Assembly (NCBI GenBank): GCA_028023455.1 | Contig: JAQFVV010000005.1 | Coordinates: 18,042,001-18,106,000 of the forward strand | Length of the DNA stretch: 64,000 bases | From: Epiperipatus broadwayi | Taxonomy: Eukaryota; Animalia; Onychophora | Direction: 5' to 3' | In this document: positions 27,441 to 41,763 of the stretch, one piece after another | Position numbering within the stretch: position 1 is the first letter of the stretch | Layout of the letters: each line of letters opens with the position of its first letter | Notes under the pieces: generated by a model | Seen by the model: only the letters and a program-made list of their open reading frames with translations | Told to the model about the DNA's origin: nothing | The model's database searches: none | Made by a program: the position numbers and the translations under genes

Positions 27441-29849
27441 TTAACATCACCATACCACCCTAAATCAAATGGATTAGAAAAAAAGGCTATTCAACAACTA
27501 AAATGTATATTGAATAAAATAAAATATGTAGATATTCATGTAATTCTAACTACTGCAATGTTTTATGAGCACTTTACATTGAATTCAAAAACCAAAAATA
27601 CTCCAGCAAAACTTTTAATAAAATGCCATTTTAGGACACATATTTTTGGCTAATTTAGACAAAATTATAGAAAAAGAAATAAGATTTGAAAGTCAAATTT
27701 AAAATAGGACAAACTGGAGTTATAACTAACCTATTATCCAAGAAAATATGCATAATTAAAACAGAAGATGATAGAAAAATCCATTTTATTGGGCTGATAG
27801 CAATAATAGGAAATCAGCAAGTTCAGCTACCACTCATGTGGATGACTTACTAGAAAACTGTCAAAATATTAAATGATTGCATCTATTACATTGAATTAAA
27901 TGTAGAATAAAAATCTTTAATTCTAGATTCACAGGATACATCTGACGAATTAAATACTGAAAAAGAAACTCCTATACTTTGTCAAAAAAGGCTAGTCTAT
28001 GAAGAGACCTGTAAAATTGCAAGACTAAGTCTGTAATTAAACTCTACCCTATTTCTAGAGTGAAAGGGAGAAATTATTGCATTTGATTAAAACTATGTAA
28101 CACTAATATATAAAGAACAATAAAATTCCAAGAGTATATACATATAAAATTAATCAATATAAAAGACATTAAAGTTTCACTTTAGAAATAAATGTAGTTG
28201 TGTAAGTACAAAAATATCCTTAGATATACTAATTTACAAGAGAACAATAATGAAACTATTTATGTAAATTAGGTCACATTAAAGAAAATGGATATCTAAA
28301 GCAATAGAGAGAATAGTCAGAGAGCAGTACAGTGTGTAACATGTGTGAACTGTGTGGTACTTTCAAAGCAGCAATGCATCAGCAAAGAGTATAATAGTAA
28401 AAAGTTAATGAAGAGGAGTTAACAGAGTAAAATAAAGTACTTTAATAAAAAAAAAATGCTGCATTATAGTTCAAAATTATAAAGAACTGTGTGTGCATAA
28501 TTAAGACTGATTTCAAAACTATAAAAACTGTGTGTGCATAATTAAGACTGATTTCATTTATGAAATTCAACCAGCAGGGTGCTAATTAAAATATTAAGAA
28601 TTACTAATATTATATATTCTCAGCAATAAACTCGTTAAGTTCAAACTGTCTTGTGTGTTATTTCTAAAATAATTTAATAAGTATACATCTGAGTTCAAAT
28701 CTGGTTCCTGTACATATCAGTTAAAAAATGTGATTGATCCCAGTGAGGTAAGGCAACTGGCCACAAACCCTGAGATTCATTTGAAAGAAAGACTAATGCA
28801 AATATTACTGAATTACATTTGTAACAGGAATTCATTAGTATGGAAATATTCTGATAACAATATATACTACACACTATTTATATAGTGTACCAAGGCACAC
28901 TCAAGTTTGGAGTAGGAAAATTCTAGCAGCAAACAGTACCAGGTTTTCTATAAAGCAAAAAAAAAAACATGGCTGAAAGTACTAGATTTATTTAAGAGAG
29001 TCACAGCATTCCTCCAATTTGCTGTATTAGCAACAATTAAGCATTTATAATGTCACAAATCATAATGGGTGGCAACTGTAAATATTATTAAATATAGTAA
29101 TTTATTTATCTAGTGCTTTGTTTAATTTGTAGCAATCATTAGGGAATAGATGTAATAAATATTTATATTGTTAGTAATATCTCAAGCATTTATTGGCTGG
29201 AAAATATTTTCCTGCTAGCAAAATACACACACAAGTGACCAGGAAACTGAATGGAGAACAGAATAAAATCCATTGGTAATGATAAAGTGGAATAAAAAAA
29301 TAAATAATATAGAATCTCAAATAGCATCAAAGTAGTTATTTTTCAAATAAAAGAAAACTAAGCAGAAAGTTGATCAGGAATTAAAGACATTACTCAATTA
29401 ATTAACAAAAGTTGAGGAGGGTCTTAGAAAAAGATTTCAAATGATGAATTCAAATATTTGCTATATTACTATGAAAAACAAAGCCTATAAAATACTTTCT
29501 GAAAAAAGAGTATGGGAGAAAGTCTTTTCCTTACAGTTGGATAAGAATAAATGTCATTTATTTAGGAGGTCTTTTCATTACAGTTGGACAAGAATAAATG
29601 TTACTTATTTATAGTGCCTTAGAAAATTAACTTTCAAGCACCAAAACGAAGGCAGACCCACCAGTTCCATTCAATGATCTAAAGTGGAATTAATAACTTT
29701 TGACACAAAGCTAAATATTTAGACAATAATTATTTATGAAATTATAAAAACAAATTATAATGTCACTTTTTCATGCTAAATATATATAACTGAACACATA
29801 ATTTATACATGCATGCGTACATACTGTGCATATTCACACACACACACCC

Positions 29850-30850
29850 GCGCAATACATATATATGCAAAACTATTTCCTTTATTCTCTTCTTAAATCG
29901 CATCAAAAAAGTTAGAGATTAAAAACTCTCAAAACCAGATCAGGATATTGTTTATGTACAGTAATTACAATCAGAAACGTGTCAACGAAAATGATGACAT
30001 CAATACACAGCCAAGATAAGGCAGCCGAATTATTGTCTGGGTTTGAGAGTACTTTTAGTAAAAATAAAAAAAACGAAAATAACTTACAAAGAACAGAATA
30101 AAAAGCAAAGAAAATACCTACTGACATGCAACATTGATAAGCCTTGAACATGACGACATTTTAAATACGATAACATAAGCAGTGTTTAAACACCAATAAA
30201 AATCATGGCATCCGAAATTACAGCATCCCACACACAATTCAAAATCCTTATGGGTATCCATAGATACGCTATCTTTTTCTCTATATTTCTTTCTTTCTCC
30301 TCCTTACTGTCAACATAAATTTTAATTTTGTTTCTGAAGTTCCGACGTCGAAACAGAAAGAGGAGGAAAAACAATAGAAGTAAATTAATAACGATACATA
30401 ATCTAATGAAGAAAAAAAAGATAACTTTAAGACATTTGTGAGAGAGTCGTACTCTCTTCCATTTTTTTTCCCTCTTTGGAGAATTCGTTTCGGAAGAATT
30501 TCAGTCTACTTAAACGCTTTCTATAGTAAATCTGCCGTTAATTTCATAACAGGATCTGACAGCCCCCACAATAATGAATCTTTCTATTTAAAACTGCAGA
30601 TATTGATATTTTCAATAATAAATGAAAAAAAAAAAAATCTCCATTTTAATTATTTGAAATGGATTAATTTACATTAAGTGAAGTTAGTGAAAAAAAAAAG
30701 TTCTGTGTAAGTAATATGCGGTGTAGATAGTTAACAGACGAGAAAAATAGAGACTTTCAGACCACTCAACGAAATATAAAGAGGTGTATGTTGGGAGTAA
30801 CAAGAAGGGATCGAATGTAAAATAAGTGAGTAAGAAAAGAAACAGATATC
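29850..30850. promoter_or_regulatory. CpG-retaining segment, possible promoter or 5' exon region
   Basis: Roughly 25 CpGs in 1 kb by eye against a few per kb in the flanks; donor-like GTAAGT on both strands (minus ~30087, plus ~30706). No convincing ORF. Confidence 0.35.
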
Positions 30851-31816
30851 AATGACATCATTAAACGATGTAAGATATTTAAATGGAGCTGAGAAGATAT
30901 AATAAATGGATAGTTGAAACCATAACCCCTCAAAAGAAAAAGCTATACTTTCTGGACTTGACAAATGCCAATTGGTGGGTTGAGTAGTCTTCAATCTTTG
31001 TTTTACTCTTTGCTAAGAATAGTTGGAATTTTAGCTGTCAGTTATAAGACAGCTATCTGAAAAAATTTTTTTTTAACTTCTTGAAAAGAATGTCATTTGA
31101 ATTGGACTAGAACCCATGTCATAGACATAGCAGAAGAATGTGTTATCTCTAAACCATGAAGTCTTTATCATAATCAATAATTGAAAATAATGTAACAACT
31201 TCTTTTAGTTATCTAAGATATTCTGTCTTTACTCATTGATGTCAAACCGTATCCAGGAAATCAGATAATACAGTTTTGTTTTATTATTGCCTTTCCAATT
31301 TTAAAAATCTCCTCAGCTTGAGAGACAAGATTACATTTTTTTTTTAAGATAGAGTAAACAGGCACAAGAAAAACATAATAACCTCCTTGTTAGTTATAAA
31401 GTAACATTCTTAGAGACATACTTTACAGCTAGCATATTTCCAGCACAATATAAACCTCTATTAGATTGTTAACTTAGTTACCTATAGGTTGATAACCCTC
31501 AAATGAAAATAATTTTAAACCTTCTAAAAAAAATTTCAAGTTTCCTCAATTCAGATTTGAATCCAGGTGCTTCATAGATATATATGTGTTTTAAACTTAT
31601 AATTACATGTTTTTAAATTAGCCATTATGCCTTAAATTATATTCTATTGGTAACTTGCTGTAAGTAAAGGTTCAAATAACTGAAATTTATTCTAAAGTAA
31701 AATCATGCTTTCATATATCACGATTTAGCCCAGACATAATCTTACATTCGGTGCTTTGTGATCATTAGTGTCCATCATATTGCTATTTTAAACTATTACT
31801 TTCAACATATTTTACA

Positions 31817-31877
31817 AAATAAGGCAAAACTCTCCATACAGTATAAGAGATAGTGATCAAGTGATGTTTAGTGGTTT
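31817..31877. mobile_element. 61-bp family A micro-insertion (inverted arm end plus tail)
   Basis: 13-bp TSD AACATATTTTACA at 31804-31816 and 31878-31890; content GGCAAAACTCTCCATACAGTA followed by GAGATAGTGATCAAGTGATGTTTAGTGGTTT. Confidence 0.88.
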
Positions 31878-32899
31878 AACATATTTTACACATAAAAATC
31901 ACAAAGTATTATACTGTAATATTGTAATTTATTATTTATTGATTCTCTGCAGGAATAAAGGTATTTTCAAGTTTAATCCAGTTTCTTCAATCCACAGTTT
32001 CTCTTCTTCCCATCACATTATAAACCTTATTTCATTCATTCACGTCACATGCGATCTCTTTCTAGGACATTTACAATCTCTTGGGATTTAATTTAAGACC
32101 TGTATGGTCCATTTATTTTCATATCTTTTAGCAGCCCAGCTCTATTTCAGATTGTTAATTCTTGTTTGCTCACTACATACATCTCCTCATACTTTATTAA
32201 ATGATCTGTTAAGTTACCAAATTGTTTTAAATAACATTTGAAAATCTGTCAGCTTCAATCATTAAAATATATTTTTTTACTATGGCTGTCATACAACATG
32301 GAAAAATTACCAAATTTTACTTCTATGTATGCATTTCATAAATAGCTTCCTTCATCAGCTCCCTGGAGCAATGACAACAATCAACACAAATATAACAACC
32401 AACTAATGTTATTTGTAATAACAATCAGCTTGGTGTCAAAGTATAAATATTTAGCACTATGATCACTTACTATAAAGTAATCCATTCCAAAACAGTTATA
32501 TGCTAATCAGGCAAAATTAGAAATTCATATTATTAAAAATCTTAATAACAAAATTGAACTCTGAAATAAGGAATATTAATATTATGGGTTCAACATTATT
32601 TTGATATAAAATAGATGTCAAATATTTTCTAACACATAGTTTCATATCTAATTCAAACTGCACTAACATATTTATTATTTAATTAATCTTTATCTATGTG
32701 TAATAAATCCCTTTATTTTGAAATTTTATTTCTTATCTAAAGTGTAATAAGATGATTTATTACTCAGGAGATATGATATTTGAGCACCAAAATGGACATA
32801 GCTGGAATGTGGTTCCATAAACTTCAGTTCTTAAGCTTCTACTGTATTACTGCATAAATCCACAGAGCTTCGGTGGTTGTTATTAAAGCATATCAAGAT

Positions 32900-34370
32900 T
32901 GGCTCAAGTGTAAAACAGAGAACTGATCGACAATTTTCTGATAAGAGTTGTATCAGCTTGAATTATATCACCAGATATTTTGATGCTAAACAAAGCACCA
33001 AATTGCTTTATCTATTTTCAACAATCTTCAACACTAACAATAACCCTATGTCTAGAGCATTATAGATAGCTCCGGAATAGAATAAATAGAGTGAATTACT
33101 TCCCCCTAATAGAGATATTTAAAGTAAACAGACAAAATAATGTGAAGCTTTGGTATATATTACTCTTGCCAAAGAGTTAACATAAAATTGAGATCTCTAA
33201 AATGGGTGCTTATTGACCTAGTGTCAGAAGTGTATAATTAGGTAAGTTAAAGATAAGTTGATTTCAAAACATTAGTATGTTTAAATTTCAGATTCTTATT
33301 GTGGATGATGGTAAAGATGATTGCCAGAAATATAAGTGCAAATCCAGTACCCCTCAACAAAGATAGTTGAAGACTAAAAAACTAATCTGGTGATGTGGAT
33401 TTTCTAGTATTACTATCTAGTATTCATTGATTACTCGTGTTCTTACAATAAATAGCTTTGAAGAAGAACAGATAAAAAGAATATCTGCTTTTATTGCAGA
33501 TGCTACTGCTATACCAAAATCTTTAACTGTTCCTAAGAAATTGACGAAATGATTCATGTAACTCTCTCTTTAATGTGACAAGAGATACCTAACAATATGA
33601 CAGCTAAGTTAAAAATTTCTATGAAACTGTAAATAAATTAAAGTATCTTGCATTTACCTATTTTGCATACAGTGAAAAAAGATTTCCTTTTTAATAACAA
33701 TGATGAAATCTTACATCAATGGTGGCATATTATGCTAGTAATTTGTAGGACTCATAGAAAACATATCCTCAACAACAACTAGTATAGATTTGGCTATAAG
33801 ATTTATTGAAATTGACAAATAACTCAAAAATCCATTCTCTTGGTAATAATTTAAAATTGCTGCTGAAAACTTTGAAAGATTATCAATTTGTGATCCCAAT
33901 GTGTTATCATTGTGATGAAAATAATATCAAATAGTTTTTCTATAATACTACTTGTAAATAACATTAAAGATGGCATAATGCAACTATCTTTTAATCCTAT
34001 TTAGCAGAAAATAGAAGATATTGGCTTAGTTTGCCAAAATGATCAAAAATTAAAAAACAATAAAATTTATATTTTCAGTGATTGTTGTGATCCTATTTCC
34101 ATTTTCAAAACATTTACAACAATTTTATGAGAATCATTTTGAGGATTAAATTGGAAATCTAAGAGAATAAAATAAATGTGGATTATTTATGTCATCTAGA
34201 GTTTTCAGATAATATGGTTGTTTTGCAAATAATGTTTCAGGGTTGAAAATGATTTTCATATAAATCTGGCTTTCCATGAAGATTAAATCTTCAGATACAT
34301 ATTTAAAAATAAAGATAAATATATAGACGATTTTGGATCTGGAAATATTACATAAAAGCAAAAATATGGA
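32900..34370 (+). pseudogene. Possible highly decayed hAT-family transposase
   Basis: Scattered peptides in hAT-like order: ITRYFD, FYETVNKL...YFAYSEKR, LLKTLKDYQFVI, YIDDFGS. Many stops; catalytic residues not resolved. Confidence 0.3.
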
Positions 34371-37300
34371 ACTAAAGATAAATGCTAAAAAAGACTAAAA
34401 CAATATCCAAAGATTTTTCTCAGAAAAAAAAAAAAAGAGTCATATATTAAAAGAAATTATAAATGTCTTGGTCAGATTGATTATTAGTATACGTGGAAAC
34501 ATAATAAATGAAATTAATCATAGAATTAAACTTGAATGCAACTATTAAAAGAAAATATATTTATGTATTCTATGTATTGAAAAAAATATTTTTTAATATA
34601 TGTGTAGTACTTATATATTACCCCATCTCTGAAAGCTTTCTAGGCATTTAAAAAAAATCCATTTTTAGGAGCCTCCAATAAATCTTGAAAACAATATGGC
34701 TGACTAGAAGCGGTCATATTTAATATTTCCTTTTATTTATTTTTTATATTATCAAAATACAAGAAATGAAACAAAAGTATAACAATTGATTGTAATTAAA
34801 ATAAATGTAATATAATTGCAGTAAACCTGGAATAGTTACAATAAAGCTCTTGCTGGTCTGCAACATTCCAAATTTTAATCCTTTTGAAAAAATGTTTCAA
34901 AAAAAAGAAAGATATCCAACAACAATTTTACCACTAAATATATAAAAATAGTGACAATGTTTACAATGTGATAACATTTGTACATTATAATATATATATA
35001 AAAAAAAATTATTAATTAAATTGCACGAGTGGAATTTATAAGACATTTATTAATAATTTTTAAAGTTAACATTGATAAAATAATTTTGACAAAAAAACAA
35101 AAACAAAACATAAACAAATACTTCAACAACCCTAGAAATGGATAATTAAAAAAAATGTCTGACAGACTTCCGGAGATATATGTTTTATCATATTTTACAT
35201 ATGAATCTTTAGAATAGAATGTTTATCAGAAGAACAACACAGATACTCAACAAAACATAGAGAAAAACAAATGTAAACAATTTTCAAGATTGAAGTATTT
35301 ATTTACATTTTTTTTTCCTCAAAATTATTTTCTCGAACATCTGTAGCTCATTAACTTTAAAAAGTATTAACAACTGTATTCTAAATTGAATGTTAATTTT
35401 TTTAAAAAAACTTGAATACATTTTTAAATAAATTCCATTCACAACAAAATGTACAGAAGTTAATATTAGGCGAACAGATAACACGTGGGTAAAATTAACA
35501 TTATTTTTTGTTTACATTCATTAATCCATGCTGATTTTTTTACCATTTCTTTTTTGCCTTCTCATTTCTGGAAATATGATTAAAATTTAGAATCTTTCAT
35601 TGACAGAACAAGGTGCAACAGAATATTTTCAAAATTAATAGAATAGGCTTGCCTGAAAAGTATATGATAATGGCCATGATATTACACTTTATGTGCAAAC
35701 GGAGATGCAATGTTAATGTCATGTGCTAACATGTTCTAAGCACCTATCTATTTGGAAAGAAACATGGTTAGAAGGCTCCAAACCAGTGTTTGTGAGTGCA
35801 TTGAGATTAGTTTATAGGTGGGGTAGTGAATTTACATTAAAAAAAAAAAATTACAATCCTTTGGATTTTTGTGCGTTTCAGTGGAATATTTTCAAAATTG
35901 TGGGATGGTAAAAGTGATGTCTGTTCACATCTTTGTTATAGTTTGCTTAATCATGTTTTATTTTTATTTTCTTTACTGCATTTACATTAAAAAATTTTTT
36001 TAATTACAACTCTTTGGACTTTTGTGTTTCGTTATCGTTTTAATAAATAAAAAAAAACGTAAATATTGAATTCGATAACTTAGAGTCAGCCATATTGTTT
36101 ATATCATGTGTTGGAATTACCTGAAAATGAAGAATTGAATTAAAATAAAACGGATAGCAAACTTTCGGCAGGAAAATTACTTAAATATCAATATTATTTA
36201 TAAATTTTAAATGAAAATTTTACCAATCTTTTCTATCCTCTTGATTTTTTTTTTTTTTTTGTTCCAGTCTGTAGTTTTTTTAACCTTCTCTTTTATTCTA
36301 AAAATTAATTTTATAATCTTCAATTACTTAGGCCAGCGCAGAGTTCAGACATCATATGCCTCTCATGGTATCAGATATATTTTTACACTAAATATGACAA
36401 TGAGATTTTTTGTTTATGCAAGAATATTTCTATTTTTAATTACTCGCACAACAATTTTCTTTTGTATGTGTGTGTTTTTTTCTTTCTATCTATTTTTCTT
36501 CTTCATTTAGAGTTATAATGGCCACAATTGTTTACATGTCACATTTGTGCAACTCAGACTAAACGTTTAATTACTTCTAAATTCTTAACGCTTATTCCAA
36601 TCACGTGTTGGCATCTAATACTGTAGGCAGGATTTAAAGGTTAGTCTACTGTTAAACTGCACTTTTAAAATTAATTTTAGGATGGAATTATTCTATTTAA
36701 ACTATTAAAATTAGCAGAACTCTTTTGGGATAAAATTAAAACTATCATAATATTTCCTTTTTTTTTTTAAGATGAAAATTTATGAAATTTAATAACAAAG
36801 TCAATTAAAAAAATTGTAAAAAAAAAAATTCTAAAGTTAAAAATAAATTTATATAACTGTACGAAATCACAATCTTATCATTAAACTTAAACAATATTTG
36901 GTTGAGTGAACAATTGCAAAATATAGAATATTTGTAAGAGTGACAACCATTCTCCATGTACAAGTTGGATTCATGTTAACCTAAACAAGCATTACATTTT
37001 TCAGATCACAAGCAGAAAATTTCATGTAGTTGCCCGTAGCGGCTTAATTATCCCCAGGTTGCCTGGGAAATGAATATCTTGCTTTAATATTAGTAACTGG
37101 AAAATAAACGTCTTAGCTTAATGTGTGTTGATAAGATGATTGCAAAAACAAACATATAATTTCAATATAATACTATTTTGAATGGGTGTCACCCTCTCAT
37201 AGATAGTGAATTAATAGTTTATTTTTATCTTTTATTTAATAATACAGCACTCCCATGAGTTTAATGTAGAAGATGTAATTTGGATTGGTTAATAGATGTT

Positions 37301-37736
37301 CATCACTGTATATTTATTTTTCATACATCTGCATTTGAAGCAATAATTCCTTCTGTTTCAAAGCCATTAAATGGAAGTCTGAGTAAATCTATGGATTCTA
37401 GATATCAGTACTGCATTTAAAATTTCAAACTAGTTTCTGGCTATTAACCTTCTTTTTGGAAAATCATTTACTTACTCAACCTTATAGTAGATGATTCTGG
37501 AATCAAATAAATTACTGCTTCTAATAAAGATGAAAAAAGTCATGCAATACTATTTTTCACAATTAACCATCTAAATTATTAATAAAATAAAAACTAACTG
37601 ATTCTATCCATCTTTCAAGAAGCCAAGCTTTACTCTTAAATCCAAAACTCAAGACAATAATTAATTATACAGGGATGTAACAAAGCCATTCTACATAACT
37701 AATTTTATTTATAATTTTTCAATTTCATCACATATA

Positions 37737-37772
37737 TTGAGTGGCAATAGTATAGGGCATTTTGCCTGTTTT
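37737..37772 (+). mobile_element. 36-bp family A micro-insertion
   Basis: 14-bp TSD TTTCATCACATATA at 37723-37736 and 37773-37786; content TGAGTGGCAATAGTATAGGGCATTTTGCCTGTTT matches the family A arm end. Confidence 0.75.
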
Positions 37773-37820
37773 TTTCATCACATATAATTTAATCACATAA
37801 ACAAAAATTTCTGAAAAAAA

Positions 37821-37863
37821 CCCCACAATGCATTTCATAGTGAGGCAGCACTCATCAGTTGAC
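37821..37863 (-). ncRNA. Decayed family B hammerhead motif
   Basis: Reverse complement reads TCAA CTGATGA GTGCTG CCT CACTAT GAAA TGCAT TGTGGGG, compared with the intact copy at 48783. Confidence 0.5.
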
Positions 37864-38249
37864 TCAAATCATACTGGAAAATTTTTAATATCAGCTTATT
37901 CTAATAAGTTTAATTTTCTGCACTCACAATTGTAACATTGCCTCTTACAGATAAATATTTAATGTTTATTACTTAACATTTATTATGTTAAAAATTATTT
38001 TACCATTTTTAACCCAAATATATACTTTAAATTTTAATTGAAGTCTAATATATATATATACTACTACTAAAACATATCCTAAAACATAAGCATATAGAAT
38101 TGATTTCATGTGGTTATATTCAATAATAATATACAGTATTAGTTTTCATTAAAATTTTGATTCAATTTAATAATAATAGATATATTAAAGTTTAAAGAAT
38201 ATACCTGGACTAGAAAAGAGATAACTTCTAGGATCATTAAATTAATACA

Positions 38250-38516
38250 TTGTACAGGCCTAAACCTACATTTATATATGTAATATTTGCAGAATTCGAA
38301 CTCAGACATTCACATGACCCACTATTCTCAATGCCATCTCATATTGCTGACCCATCTGATCACACACATATTGAAAAGATAAATAATCACCATTATATGT
38401 ATTTCATGCTAAACCAGCAATCATCAGTTGGTCTAGATTACTATCTCCACACATATATACAAACAGTGCTCAGTTTTATATTAAGATAGCCAATCTTCAT
38501 ACTTTAATGGACAGGC
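38250..38516 (-). mobile_element. Family B element with HHR motif at 38391-38432
   Basis: 38365-38516 is the reverse complement of ~54060-54215; motif ACCAA CTGATGA TTGCTG GTT TAGCAT GAAA TACATA. Confidence 0.7.
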
Positions 38517-38852
38517 TTCAAACTACTCCAACTCACAACTCTTCAGCCTTCCATTTCATTAAAAATCTGATGATGGAACATTCAAAGCCCATGTTAGTGC
38601 CAAGGTTGTCATCCTAACCATCTTGACATACCAATCATTCTGACCTCTCACATACAGGAGAATAATCCATTCATACATACATATGTGAGGGATAGGCAGA
38701 CCTTTTACACACTATTTATATAAATTACTACATTGCACATGCTTAAACCTGCATTAAAGTATTTTTCTGGGCAGACAAATGATTTAGTTATGAGTGTGGG
38801 AAATTTCTCATCTTTAGATTAAATTATAATATAAACTTTATTATTAATCAAC

Positions 38853-39345
38853 AGACTGGCCTATATAATTGAATTTAGGTACAATGATAAGTTGGCGGCT
38901 CTTATTTTTTCAAACTCTCTATCTTGTGCCTTGGATCAAGAGTTTCTTCACATTTAACAAGAACAATATTAATTTAATATAACAGTACAATGCATGTGTA
39001 AAGGATTGCTTATCTTGTGCTTAAAATTACAGTTTGAAACGGTGCTGATAAATATACTCATCAATTACATTAATTCTAATGTAACGGAGTAAATATTAAA
39101 ATTTTGCGAGTGTTAATATGTGTAATAAAGAACATGGAAATAAAATGAAGAATATAAAAATTTCATACTCCCATTCCAAGATATTTAAGATTGGCCTATA
39201 CAATTGAATTTAAGTGCAAAGATAAGACAGTCATTCTTATCTTTCCAAAGTATCTATCTTATGCTTTGGGTCAAGAGTTTCCTCACATTCAACAAAAACA
39301 ATGTTGATTTAATATAAAAGTTCAGCATATGTGTAAAGAGTTGAT
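38853..39345. repeat. Diverged ~155-bp direct repeat pair, 335 bp apart
   Basis: 38853-39008 versus 39188-39345 (tggcctata.aattgaattta...tcaagagtt.ctcacatt.aacaa). Confidence 0.8.
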
Positions 39346-41763
39346 TACTTTCTATTTAGAATTGTTATTATCCTTAATAATTAAAATAATAAGTGAGAAA
39401 TATTGATTACTATCTTTATTGTGAATGTTTAGGTGTTTACTGGTTGGTTTCTAATGGTTAATAATTAAAAGCATTAAAAAAATTACTTATGAAATAAAGC
39501 CCTGTAAGTTTTATTTTCTCATAGCCAATTTAAAAGACTATATTTGCCAACATTTTTTTTTGCTAAGAGTACTTACCCATCAATAGTAATATTGTCACTA
39601 CTATTATTTTAAGTTTTTTTAAACTTTTAAGTTCCTACTGATAGCACTGTTCAAATTATTATTGTAGCCCAGGAGATCCATCTCATAAATAAAATAATCT
39701 TTTTTTCATCTCAAATATGAGCTAGAAAGCCACCACCCCATCAATTAAAAAACGGACTAACAAACTTGTGCTTACTGGCATTTACACAGATGAAATGACT
39801 GCTCCCTTACTGAAAATACATATATAAAGTGGAAGGTAGATAAAAGAATAAGAAAAAGTGTAAGTAGCCTCAATAAAAAAACCACTGAAGAAAGCATGAT
39901 TCACTAGATTTAACAGTTGATGGTTTGAACCTGAAAAAATATTCTAAGTGATTGAAGTCTGAAATGAATTTTCAAGTTTTGCCTGGACCAGAGTTTCAAC
40001 CTGATCATGAACATGCCAAGTGAAAGTGCCATATTTATAAATGTGACTCAAAGCTACAATAAAATATCTAACTGCAGGCCAAAGATCTCCTTGAAAGCCA
40101 TCCAAAGAGAAACAATAAATCAAATGTTCTATTTTATTCTTCAGCAATAAGCACTCATTGGATGATTATTTAATCTGGCTAAGAGCCAGAGATGGAGATG
40201 CAAAGAGTTTAAGCTTGCTTAAAATTTGAATTTGAAATCAAGATTATTAATATGGTAGTTTAATGCATAACCCACCATATCTTACTTTTTTATATAAAGG
40301 AATGTACGACTTTGAGATAAGTTGGCAGTGAATTTGTCTTACATTTATTAATTTTTCATTACTCTCTTAGTTAAAAACAATAAATGAAAACAATTCCCTA
40401 CTATTCAAGATACAGCCATGTGACTGATGACATCATCATTAATTAAATTTACTTATTACCTTAAAAATTATTTTGCACATCTCAATTTGTTTTAGTTCAT
40501 TAAACGTCAGTCGCATTGAGTAATCAACACGGCGGAGCTTGCTAATAAGTTACCGTAATGAACAAACATTTCATTAAAACACCATTTATAGAAAAAAGAA
40601 GACTACTGCACAAAAATAAAGAATTTAACAAAGTCTACTGATTACAGGTGACAGGGAAAAAAGTCTTAAAATCATTTCATATTACAATTAAAAGGTAAAG
40701 TTACCTGCATTTTTGAGAAAGCATAAAAGAACATCAGGGCACTGGAAATATGCTCACGAATTAAAAAAAAGAAAATGTTTCTTTTCTTGTGCGATCAGCG
40801 CAATTAAATTATGTTGTAATTAAATAAGTTTATAAAACAATTTGCATAGATAATGAAGATACATTTCAAAACGGGGAACTGACTAACGCATTATTGATTT
40901 GATTCTAAGTTATTTTACTTTCGAAACTATTACTAATTATAGTACTTAGTTATATTTAATTAACGATAATTATAATAAATATAAATATTATATAAGTAAG
41001 TACGCATGTATTGTTATATATTTAATTAAATCTTATTGTAATAATCTTCTATATTTTAATCCACACATCTTGCGAGTAAATTGTTCACATGTTTCTCGAA
41101 GTCTTGCGCACGTTACGTCTGTATGATTCCATATAAGCTTTATATCATCGTCATCATCATGGCTCTATGGCATTACTACGACGCTTGAAAATTTACCCAA
41201 ATACACATGAATATGATTAGAATACTTAGTATTTGTTAGTGAATATATATTGAATAGAGGGTCTTAGTTTAGATAACCCTTTATAATTCAGTAGATAGGA
41301 AAGGTCCACTATGCACGAAAGATTATATCATTATAAATTATAACTTAATCTATATTTTATTTTTTTATTTATTCATTCGTAATTCAATTACGATTCATAA
41401 CCCTTTATAGAGTTTATTTATTATAAATTATCTACCTGGATAAATGGTGATATTCAGCCAATTATTTTATTTAATTCAAGCTGCAAGCATATTTTGTATA
41501 ATTCATCATTTAATAACCACCATTATCTCAAAAATCATTTTTTTTCTATCACAAATGACTGATATAGTGCATAACGAATGCCATTTGATTAAATACATAT
41601 ATATGCATGGGAGTGCATATCTATTTGTATAATATGCACATACCTGCATAGATTGAAAAATAATTAATACTTTCTCTTCCTCTTTCCTTCTCTATTTATT
41701 TCCTTCTTTATTTTTAAAGTGTAAGAAGAGTGAAATATTATTATATGGTAAATAATAACTAAC

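Larger units (their letters stand above)
26700..27640 (+). pseudogene. Retroviral-type integrase core (rve), interrupted by a family A insertion
   Basis: RVHLDHAETISGYIFWIVINPFSKWMEY...HPRIIVTDNGAIFCS...KGIQYILTS, then the insert, then PYHPKSNGLEKKAIQQLK...TKNTPAKLL. Confidence 0.9.
24575..28722 (+). mobile_element. Decayed, internally deleted Ty3/Gypsy-type LTR retrotransposon
   Basis: Diverged direct repeats ~24575-25140 and ~28073-28722; purine tract AGAGTGAAAGGGAGAAA just upstream of the second; gag knuckle relic (YCYGGKGH) at ~25865-25895; integrase core. No RT recognised. Confidence 0.82.

Noticed and set aside
38853-39345. Duplicated mini-exon (IVLVKCEETLDPRHKI-like peptide on the minus strand)
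   Set aside because: Both copies are bounded by in-frame stops within ~23 codons and lack usable splice sites; kept only as a repeat.
39944-40147. 67-aa minus-strand ORF
   Set aside because: No recognisable motif or clear exon boundaries.
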